Source: Octopus sinensis (lineage: Eukaryota). Taken from it: 64,000 nt of DNA. This document shows positions 53,926 to 64,000 of this stretch, piece after piece (within the stretch, counting starts at the first letter, position 1; each line of letters begins with the position of its first letter). The notes beneath the pieces were generated by a model that saw only the letters and a program-made list of their open reading frames with translations, did no database searches and was not told the origin of the DNA. The stretch lies in assembly GCF_006345805.1 (NCBI RefSeq), contig NC_042998.1:43958001-44022000 (forward strand). Direction: 5' to 3'. The translations under genes were made by a program, and so were the position numbers.

Positions 53926-54531
53926 AAAGGAAATCCGTTGGAAAAACAAAAACAGAACAGAGGCAGAGCAAAAAACAAATCGAACTGTGCTCCTAAGAGC
54001 CCATGGCGAAACTGTTTATCAGTGTATGTTGAGAACCGGTGGCTGAAGAATTCAACGGGTCAGGCATCGGTCAATCGTGTGGGTGAGGGTGTATAGATGT
54101 TCTTTGTGACCGAGAATAAAGTTCTGACTATTTAAAGAATATTGGATGTTTTATAAGGGGCGAGAAAAAATCTACTTAGAGACGTGTGTGTGTGTATACT
54201 GTTCTATATATGTGTGTGTTGGCGTAGGGGTAGAAAACATTTTTTGTGTACGTGTGTGCGTTTGATCGTTCGGCTGTCAGTGGCTACTGCCGTGATAACC
54301 GTTGGGTGGCAGAAAGAAAAAAAAATAAAGAAATTATATATATATATTATGTTTTATGTGTGTGTGTGTTCATCTAAGCCTGCCTTGACAAGGAAACCCC
54401 CCGCTGTGAAAAAACAAGCCCCGTTTGTCTTACAGGAGTAATTTCCCTTGCAGTGGTTAATTGTAGATATCTTAAAAGCTATTTCAGAATTTGTTACCAA
54501 GGGCTATGGGTGCCGGTCTTATTTATAAACG

Positions 54532-57211
54532 CTATTTAAAGGCCAGATAAGTGTAACGCCGCCAATGGGGGCATCGAAAAGCCGACTGTAAGAGCCCGTT
54601 TACCATCCGGCCTCTGGCAAACAAAATATGGAAGAGTTCGGAGACACAAGGTTGCACTGTCTTCTGCCCCTACCAAATGGGAGGGCCACCGACAAAATTG
54701 ACCATTCCAGCCTATAGCTTAAGTTCGCATCCTTCAGTCGCCATATTAGCTTACTGAGTCCCGTGGTCTGGCGCTTGTTCACGTCCCGAAAAGTTGCGTA
54801 ATGGTTGGAGACACGCAAAGACAATCTTGAGGATGATGCCCCTATATAAGTGAAGGCATCTGAGTCCGTGTAAACCTTGCATTGGTAGACGGCGTTTTTG
54901 ATCTTGGAGTTCGCCGACGTGAATCTTACTCTGCTAGGATTGGTTTCTGAAATTAGAACTGCGTTCCTGTCACTATATTCGTTCCGAGACCTGCAGCCGC
55001 TTACTACTCTATTTTCCACTACGTCACTATTAACTATAGGAATAACCCCTGATTCTCCACTATCTATCAGAGTGCTGTCATTGCTACTGCCCGTGGTACT
55101 GCTATTGCGGGAAATGATGCTGGGGATGCTAAAGGGGCTCTCTACCCTACTCCCATTGTTACCATCAACCACAACACCCCTATTTATAACTATACCCCTA
55201 GTGGGTACTCCCTGGCTGGAGCTGAGATTATGTGTCACTGTACTGGCTCTCATATCATTATTACTACTATAATTATTCCTACTGAGCATTAAACCGGGAG
55301 CGGAAGAGGCTGTGCCTCCGGAAAAAGGTGATAGGGTCTTAGTAAGTAGCCTATTATTATGGGAGGCGATTATCTGGGCGAGGTTTTTAGTGTTGGAGAA
55401 AGCTATCCTAACTTTATGTGAGTTAACCGTGGAGTAATATTTGGAATTTCTGGGGAAGTTATTGGCGATGGCTTGTCTAAACATGAGGGGGAGGTTAGTT
55501 CTAATCTGCTTACCAAAGGGGATTACAAACCATATATGCTTATTCCTATCAGTGTGATGGGTCGGGACGCCAGCTCTCGCATTTGGGTGGGTGATTCTCG
55601 GATGAATAACGGGTCTTGGGTTAGTGTAAGACCTCCCGGACCGATAATTATCCTTGTTCGCTAAATTAAATGCGGGAGCGACTACCCCGGTATCCGCCGC
55701 GCTCCCGTCCTTACTTAAAATGTTAATGTTATTATATACGGCCCTATCCTGATGACCGAATGATGGCATCGGAAGGGCCGGATCAATATAAATTACCTTC
55801 TGCCTATAACCGGCCTTGGATAGTGCGGCGTTATAAAAATCCGCTTTCTGCATAAAAATATCGGCACTGGCGGACAAGCCAGACAATCTTAGAGAGATGT
55901 TTTTAACCAAATTGTCTGTTACGGTTTTGGCATGATTTGAGAAGACACTGACATACTTCAAATTAGTGGAAGGCTTATGGTAAGGGCAGTATGAGTCGCT
56001 ATTAAGGTTAAGTGTAACGTCTAGGAAATTAGCCTTGGTGAGTTCATTATGAAAAACTATACTCATGCCCATTCTATTAAAAAACCTAGCTAACCTGCTC
56101 TTAGTTTTCTGCACTATTCTGTTCGTGGTGTTTTGCAGGTAAAACAGACAATCGTCACGATACAGGCCGCCCGCGATCTCCGGGAATTGATCGGACAATT
56201 CGTAGAGAATATATATTCCGACCAAATCGGCTATCTGCGCACTATCCGAACTACCCATAGGCACATCAAATTCATTGGGAGTATCCTTACAGATCCACAG
56301 CTTATTATCAAACTTAATAAACGATTCCTGGCAACTAAAATGATATCTATCTCTTCTCTGGTGAGGCCTGCCTTGTTGTGAGCATGCCAGAGGGCCTTAT
56401 TTAGCACACTAGGGTTAATCGAGGGGTAGAAGCTGGCGATATCAAACTGAATGAACCTAGTACGGTTCTTATTGGGGATGGAAGAGAACCACTTCACTAC
56501 CTGCGAGGAGTTGGCCCAGAGGCTGAGCTTCAGCTTGTTTACTAAACTAGGGATATATTTATCTAAAATGTACTTACTGATTATCCCGATATCAGATCTA
56601 GCAGGGCATATGAGTCTTAGCGCTGGGTTGGTGTGGAAGTTAGGTTTATGGTCCTTCACTATAAATCTGGGTTGCTTGGGGCTAAGCGGCTGAGTTCTCA
56701 TTTGAATTCGGTGTTTAAATATTATATCCTTAATTTCCAAGTTTACCTTCCTCAGGGTACTCCAATTGGTTTTTCTATAATTTTTCTTGATCTCTTTACC
56801 GAGTAAATCTAGGTACTGCTTAATGGGCATCTTGTATGTGTTCCTGGTCTTGTCGGACTGGACCAGGACTCCGTCCGTTCTATTAATGTCCTTGGTAATT
56901 TTATCTAGGTATCTGAGGTGGGCATTTCTCCTGGGTGACTTCCTGAACTTAATCTTTCTAACTATGTCCCACAAGTCGTCCTCAAACTTCTTCAGTCTTG
57001 GGTTCGGTGGCGGCGTATCCAATGTTTTAAAAAGCCGGCCGTATTCGGACGATGCAGTTGTCCGGTTCGATTTTAGATCTTCGTTCTCGTGGAAGAAAAT
57101 GAGCCATCTTATCCGGTTTATGAATGCGTTGGTTTTACAAACCAACTCCTTAAGGAAGGCATCCTTTGGTGGTATAGGAATATCCTTAAGGGACGCATCA
57201 ATCTCGAACAA
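54532..57211 (-). CDS. PLE-2 RT-GIY-YIG polyprotein (about 890 aa once two 1-nt frameshifts are repaired; true start uncertain)
   Basis: SLKDIPIP, SDKT, KDHKPNF..RLICP, FDIASFYPSI, VPMGS, GLYRDD, NFLDVTL, YHKP, NAVYQC..YIG..RVSNH; repaired C-terminus CNLCVSE...CPH, stop at 54532. Confidence 0.9.
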
Positions 57212-57475
57212 CTCCTTTATTGGCGTCGGTTAAAGTAGCAGTTTCTTGACGAAGCGGTATGTATTATGTGAAATAGAAAGATGAATAATCTTGTAGTAGA
57301 TTAATCAAAAGTTTAACCGATACCTTAGTAGCAAAAATCACAGCAGTGAACAGCACGGTTGGAGGTACAACCATCTGGCGTTGCAACCGTGCGTTGGTGC
57401 GGATAATTGAAATTAAAACATTATTGGTGAATTGAAGAAATGGAGCTGAACGCAGATTGAACAGAAATCGTTTTA

Positions 57476-57563
57476 TTTCATTCTACACGTGTTTCGAAAG
57501 GCACAAATTACCAAAATCCGATTGAATAATGGGACCATATTGTGTCTTCTCTTCAGGAAGAAA
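57476..57563 (-). ncRNA. PLE-2 5' pLTR hammerhead ribozyme
   Basis: Same sequence as 53838-53925. Confidence 0.8.
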
Positions 57564-57818
57564 AAAGGAAATCCGTTGGAAAAACAAAAACAGAACAGAG
57601 GCAGAGCAAAAAACAAATCGAACTGTGCTCCTAAGAGCCCATGGCGAAACTGTTTATCAGTGTATGTTGAGAACCGGTGGCTGAAGAATTCAACGGGTCA
57701 GGCATCGGTCAATCGTGTGGGTGAGGGTGTATAGATGTTCTTTGTGACCGAGAATAAAGTTCTGACTATTTAAAGAATATTGGATGTTTTATAAGGGGCG
57801 AGAAAAAATCTACTTATA

Positions 57819-57861
<43 letters not shown>

Positions 57862-58059
57862 TATATTTGGCTGTTTGTGTATGTGTGTGTGTATGTATAT
57901 CTACCTTTATATGTATTTATCTGACTCGCCCACTCTCTTTCGCTTTCCTCTTTATCTCTCTCTATGTATGTATGTATGTATGTGTGGGCTGACAATAACA
58001 GGTAGTTCAATGATCGAAAATTACAGGTTCTGTGCTACCATCAAATGCGTAATAATACC

Positions 58060-58370
58060 TCGTTCCAGGTACATATTACTAAGCTCCCAATAAAATGCAG
58101 GCGCGTAGCCGGATGGATCCTTAAAACTTTCAGAACGAGAGAACAGGAAACAATGATGGTCCTCTGTAGGACATTTGTCCTCAGCTGCATAGACTAATAC
58201 ACCAAACTACGATCACTACACCTTATGATATTAATAGCGGAACTCGAAGCAATTCAGCGAAGCATCACAAAGATCATGTCAATACGAAAGGTCAGCTACT
58301 GAAGAGGTTGAAAAAGTTAATCCTCTATTCCCTAGAACGAAATCGGGAATCGCATGAATTGATATACATT
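58060..58370 (+). pseudogene. Degraded CR1-like LINE C-terminal fragment
   Basis: GWILKTFRTREQETMMVL.RTFVLS, ELEAIQRSIT, RLKKLILYSLER. Confidence 0.75.
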
Positions 58371-58377
58371 TATCTTT

Positions 58378-58545
58378 TACCCTTTGCTTGTTTCAGTCAT
58401 TAGACTGCGGCCATGCTGGGGCACTGCGTTGAAGAATTTGAGTCCAACAAAGTGACCCCTGTACTTAATTTGTTTTACCCAGAGCTTATTTTATCGTCCT
58501 TATTGCCTAATCGCCAAGTTATGAGAACATAAACATACCAACATA
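58378..58545 (-). mobile_element. SINE family B, 3' part
   Basis: cttgtttcagtcattagactgcggccatgctgggg tail motif. Confidence 0.75.
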
Positions 58546-58727
58546 TATATATATATATAGTTACGGTATATTCTGTTAAGAACGTAGTAGAGTACAGTAT
58601 AAAGTCCGTCCACATTCAGATTTCACCATCTGCTATTCATTAATAGTATTACACGGACTTTCAGGTTTGCATTTGGGCATCTGTCGTGTGTGACTAGATA
58701 ATAGAAAAAAATGGAGTGAAGAAGAAA

Positions 58728-59073
58728 GAGTACGGTTGGACATTTATTCTTTAGTCACTACAATTGTTTGCACGCAGCATAGTTTTTCAGGCGTGCAGGT
58801 ACTTGATTATGTAACCATTTCCCTGTATCATGTTATCTAGTTGTGTTTTCTCAGGCAATATATAAATATTGTCACCGTAAGTTCAAATTCTCGATTTCAA
58901 GACCACCCTCTGTGTCTGTCGCAGCCTGATTCTACTAAATTCGGGCTACGACAAACAGAGAGGATGTTCTCGAACCCGAGAAACGTTTGCATAATCAAAT
59001 AACTGCACGACGGGAGAACTACGTTGAGTGGAAACAACTGTAGTGATTAAAATATAAATGTCCAACCGTACTC
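58728..59073. repeat. Diverged inverted repeat of about 88 bp (old PLE pLTR pair)
   Basis: 58728-58815 versus 58987-59073; gagtacggttggacatttat / ataaatgtccaaccgtactc. Confidence 0.8.
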
Positions 59074-60312
59074 CTTGCAGACAACTTTTTCAATTGCGTG
59101 TGTGTGTGTGACAGTGTGTGTGTATGTGTGTGTATGTGTGTGTGTGTGTGTGTATGCCTCTGTGTGTGTGTGTGTTTAAATATGATTATTTTGTATTAAG
59201 AAGTTATCTTTGAACCTACTATTATATTCTAATTCGCAGTTATTATTTATCTAAATGTATGGTAACTTATAGCATTGAGGACGAATATTAATATGAACTT
59301 TGATTTTTTTCCGGTATTCAGTAAAGCATTGACGTATTTTTTGTTCTATCAGAATCAAACTCTTTTATCAAATATGTATGCTTTCCATAGCAACGTCGTA
59401 TATTGCACGAAGCCAAAAGTCTCACAAAGGACATGTTTCTTTTTTAGATGTAGCTAATGCTGTACTTGAATAAATGCCTCTGTACGTCCGACACTATATT
59501 ATCTCATGTAATTCTTTTGTTAGATTCTGTATGTAGATCTGGCATACATATAAGGTCACATTATTTATCGGTGAGTTGAAGCTCATCAACATTTTAAAAC
59601 CACCTTCTGTCTATTCTACTCTTAATACAACGCTATCTTTTCACTAAATATCAGGACTATACATCTATACATAAAGCCATTGGGTACACTTTCGTTTATC
59701 TTTTTGATTACATATAACATGCTTTCTCAATTCGGAAATATTGTACTTAATACTTAACATCATTCAACTAAGAGCTACCGTTTACATAATATGCTCTTCT
59801 CAACGTATAACTTGCAATAATTCAAAGTGAGTAGTGACAGTATTAATTCAATCCATTTTCCTGTCTTCCATTTTAAAAGAGTCTGAAACATGAATAAAGA
59901 TCGTTGAACAAAGTAACTAATAACAAACTATGTTCTTTATATATTGTGAATGAATTTAGAAGTTATGCGGTACAATTCAGTTTATGAAGTATCCAACACT
60001 CTGTTTTAGTACACTCTTTTAATATATGCTCGTAAATGGAATATTGATTTGCTATGATCGGTTACTAAAGAAAGCATATTAATGCATGTATATTACTTAC
60101 CTTATAATAAATGCATTAAGCAAAATATATGCATCTGTTTTGATTTTACTTTTACTTCACTGAAGCCACTAATACATTTACAAAAAGCGTGAACGTCGTG
60201 ACTTAACTTTTATTTTCAAATGGAACTAACATTAGAATATTGTAGCTTATTAGAAGTTTTGCGAAATACATAACCAGTGTGTTACAGAAGGCGAGAGACA
60301 TGCAGACAGAAC

Positions 60313-60512
60313 AGCGAGTTGGCAGAAACGTTAGCGCACCGGGCGAAGTTCTGAGTTCAAATTCCGCCGAGGTCGACTGTGCCTTTTATCCTTTCGGGGT
60401 CGATAAATACAATACCAGTTACGCACTAGGGTTGATGTAATTGACTTAATCCCTTTGCCTGTCCTTGTTTGTCCCCTGTATGTTTAGCCCCTTGTGGGTA
60501 ATAAAGAAATAA
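60313..60512 (+). mobile_element. SINE family A
   Basis: gcgagttggcagaaacgttagc...agccccttgtgggtaataaagaaat. Confidence 0.88.
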
Positions 60513-61126
60513 GAACATCGAACATCAAAATTAGCAATATCGAAGATATTGCAAATTTACCATAGAAATATTTAATTAGTCCTGATATTTCGGTTCCAGA
60601 ACCTCTTTACAAAAGCATTAGGGAAGAAAAGTGAAACAAAAAGAGTGCGACAGATAAACCATGTGTGCATTACATGCCAGTATACTGACAACATAAATTA
60701 TCTCTAACATTATTTTAAAAGAATATCTTTTTCGTGATAATTTATCGTCATTTACTTCTTTACATAATTAAAACTATTATTCATTTGGCAAAAAGACACG
60801 AATTAACTTGGAATTGTGACATTTAAGCATTTCTCAAATCCATTAAGATGCGAAGAATAATGAAAAACAAGTTTTCGAGACATGGAGAGAAATATGATTC
60901 CTTACAGAGAAAAAATGTGTCAATGGACTAGAGCAGTGCTCTTAAAATAAGAGAAGTGGTAGGCATCTGTCCTGGTGGGGGCTGGGTATGTGTGGATTGA
61001 ATAGACTCCATCAAATTGCTATGCTTGATAAATCAAAGCTGGTTTTAAGCATTTTGAACTTTTCGTATACTTTGGTGTACAAAGAAAAAAATTATCGTTG
61101 CCAACGCTATTTTGTTATCTCATTAA

Positions 61127-61434
61127 CCCCTTACCCAACAATTACTTTGAAAATAAATGTATTTTTTCAGACATATTTTTAAATTGTTTTATTTTACTAT
61201 GTTTTGAATGGTGATTTCGAGGTATATTTCAAACCTTATTTATTATGAATTTTAATTCAATAATATTGATTTTAAATTACCGCTTTGGGCAGAAACGAGT
61301 TAACCCGTTTTCAGACGAAGGAACTCGTTTGCTGTCGATTTTGGCGAGTCTATCTTTTGACGAGTTAACTCGCCAGAGATAGAAAAAAACGATTTCGGTC
61401 AAAACGCATATATTCGTTTCTGTCGGGTAAGGGG
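61127..61434. mobile_element. piggyBac-type MITE (308 bp)
   Basis: TTAA target duplication at 61123-61126 and 61435-61438; 14-bp TIR ccccttacccaaca / tgtcgggtaagggg with 1 mismatch. Confidence 0.88.
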
Positions 61435-62859
61435 TTAATGGGGGAAATTACATAGGTCTCAGTCAAGGTGGAAAATAGTTGCTGATTTTAAAAACTGCTT
61501 GCATAGAGGACATAGAATATTAGATTTGGATTCATTTTGTGTGTATGTAAGAATATTTTTTGAGTGGCGGCAACTTTCATATATGTCTGACTAAAAGCCG
61601 AAATGTAAATTAATATGTTATTTTTGATGGACAAACACTATATCTTATTTCGAGTATCATTTTCGTAAGCTTTTGAATAGAATCTGTATATCAATATGCC
61701 ATGCGTGTTTGTCTATGGTTATGTTATAACTATAATATGTTTTCTTAGTATAATTACTGTTTGGCGATTTTAGTTTCTCTTTAACATTTGAAATTAATTT
61801 ACACATTATCCGTGAAGGGTTATCAGAGATTACAGTATCTATAATATATATAGAATCCTCATAGAAGACATACAGTGATGTATTTTTCACATATTAGGGA
61901 AGGCACTACTTGCAACAGAGTGGACTCTGCTAAAAGTATCTAATGTGTTGGGACGATACATTGGCCCTTAATTTTTTAAACAGGCTATAACTTGCCGAAA
62001 TATTCTACCTGTTGTAGATTGCAAACATGTCAGATTTGGCCTCTCACACCAGCCCTACAATATCATTCTCGAAATTAAGTTACCTCATCAAAATCTCAGA
62101 GTTACAAGGAAATACATAATTAATTGAAAACAATGTGAATAAATAAGCGCTACTTTTGACAGAATGATATAAATGGTAAAGAGTTAACCCCACCTTCCAG
62201 ATAGGATATGACTGGATTTGAACTCAGAAGGTAAAGAACCGGAACAAATACCGCGAAGAATTACATCCGATGTTCTTACAGTTTCGTAAATACTATTTGA
62301 TACATTTTTTATCGATCTCGAAATGTAAAGTTGACCTCGATATGATTTGTATCAGAACAAATATTGAGAGGCAGTTCAATCGATACTCTTATGATTTTGC
62401 TAATTTAAGCCTTTAAATGTACGAAAGAGGAAGTTATTAGAATACACAAAGGAAGTATGTAGAAGACGAAAATATATACTGAGATATATCAATGTTGATA
62501 AAATCGAGGTCACTAAGACCCAGTTTACTCTCTGATAAAGTTGTACGATAATCCGAGGAATGAGAGACATATGAATCTCATACGGGAATTGCTTGTTGAA
62601 TGATGAAGAATGAATAGAACATCAAACATATGTTGACCAGCAGTTAGTAGGTTATTGCCATCATTATTATTGTTACTTTTGTTTACTTCAAGTCGTCGCT
62701 GATCAAGCACTCATTTGATCCAAGGCATGTACGCGAAATTACATTAAAAGATATGTCTATTTTTAGACAGTGAATGTTGGCCAATTAAGACCATAGAATG
62801 ATTATCCAGCAGTGTTTTTATATGCTTCTGGTAACACTTGTAGGACTTCAAATATGACA

Positions 62860-63307
62860 TATAAGCAGCGCTAGTATTATAGACATTATCGAAAACATGC
62901 CCAACACACATAACGTTTGACAAGATTAGTAAATATAAAGACCTGCTAATAGAAATTGAAAAAATGTGGCATCTCAAGGCAACTACAGTACCAGTGATTG
63001 TAGGATCTCTAGGAATGATAAAAAAAAGGTACTGAAACCTATTTAAAAATGATTCCAGGCTTACCATCCCTACAGGAAGTGCAAAAAATCGTATCAACTT
63101 GAACGGCTCATGTACTGAGAAGAGCACTATCGCTGTGAAAATAACATCCATCCATGAATTTATTTATTTATTAATTTTTAAATACATGTTTTATCTGTGA
63201 ATTTGCGCGTGTAATCTGGGAATGCATACGATGCCCCTCTCTGCCCTAGGTATATGGAAAAAACTCGGCGAAAAACGGAAGAAAATTTGAAGAAAGAAGG
63301 AAAAAAC

Positions 63308-63348
<41 letters not shown>
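62860..63348 (+). mobile_element. 5'-truncated R4/Dong-like element: RLE C-terminus, 3' UTR and (TAA)n tail
   Basis: FDKISKYKDLLIEIEKMWHLKATTVPVIVGSLGMI...LQEVQK...AHVLRRALSL*; (TAA)n at 63309-63347. Confidence 0.85.
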
Positions 63349-63349
<1 letters not shown>

Positions 63350-63479
63350 TAGTGATGAGAAATAGTATGATAAACACAAGATAAAACTTATACCATTTGT
63401 TCCCTAAGTATGTTTCCCGAATGTGATTATTTACATCCAATGTGGTGTGTATTTGTTGTACAATCTGATGCACGTCTTT

Positions 63480-64000
63480 AACAGTTCTCCAGAAGAACTA
63501 TGCATGATACCACTAACACTGATTCTGAGGGAAGCAAAGGCTGGGTATGTATTCAAAAGCTGCCAACAAAAAGTCAACCAATTTTATTCATGGATGATCT
63601 CAAACTTTATGGTAAAGATGAATCCCAAGTCAGTTCCCTCGTTGATACAGTGTATACTTTCACTACTGATATCAGAATGGAGTTAGGACTGAAAAAGCGT
63701 GTTGTGTTAGTCTTGAAGAGCGGCAAAATCAAATTTATAGACGGGCTGGCGATACCGTCGGGGGAGGTTATGAATCAGATAAAAGAGACGAGCTATAAGT
63801 ACTTGGGGATTTGGGAAATGGATTAGTTGATGAAGAAAGAAATGGCAGAAAAGTTTAAGGTGGAGTACATGCGCAGAATGAGACCGATCCTTCCGTCGAA
63901 ATTAAACCGACGGAATACAATTGAAGCTATCAACACCTGGGCGGTTTCACTACTTAGATATGGAGCAGGGGTAATCGCATGGGTGGTAGACGATCTAAAC
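63480..64000 (+). pseudogene. R4/Dong-like reverse transcriptase fragment, running off the window
   Basis: CMIPLTLILR, LFMDDLKLYGK, DIRMELGLKK, YKYLGI, AINTWAVSLLRYGAGVIAW. Confidence 0.88.

Larger units (their letters stand above)
53777..57816 (-). mobile_element. Penelope-like retroelement PLE-2 with 402-bp direct pLTRs, inserted in (TA)n
   Basis: 53777-54178 matches 57415-57816 (offset 3638, no difference seen); RT plus GIY-YIG between them; (TA)n on both sides. Confidence 0.96.

Noticed and set aside
53851-54096. Duplicated 81-aa ORF (also 57489-57734) and antisense ORFs over PLE-2
   Set aside because: pLTR duplicates and antisense shadows of the RT ORF; no coding evidence
61963-62187. 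Possible second TTAA-type MITE ending ggtaaagagttaa
   Set aside because: Left TIR and target duplication too degenerate to confirm from this window alone

Overview
AT-rich, microsatellite- and SINE-dense animal DNA. The SINE families look like those of octopus (inferred, not verified). I found no supportable host-gene exon; nearly all short ORFs in the track are translations of repeats. There are two young Penelope-like retroelements (PLEs) on the minus strand. PLE-1 (about 25240-32611, Neptune-like) has a separate coiled-coil ORF1 that meets the RT-GIY-YIG ORF at a U-UUU-UUA slippery site, plus direct and inverted pseudo-LTRs. PLE-2 (53777-57816) has apparently identical 402-bp pseudo-LTRs and an ORF broken only by two 1-nt homopolymer deletions. 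Both carry hammerhead ribozyme (HHR) motifs. A non-coding 363-bp HHR-bearing tandem/fold-back element at 5110-6210 looks like a retrozyme. Several more HHR or HHR-like motifs are scattered through the window, and three unrelated ones share a CCGANGA (U4C) core. Also present: relics of RTE, Tx1/L1, CR1, R4/Dong and PLE retroelements, a mariner relic, a piggyBac-type MITE, a 296-bp inverted duplication and many SINEs. All RNA structures were derived by eye.
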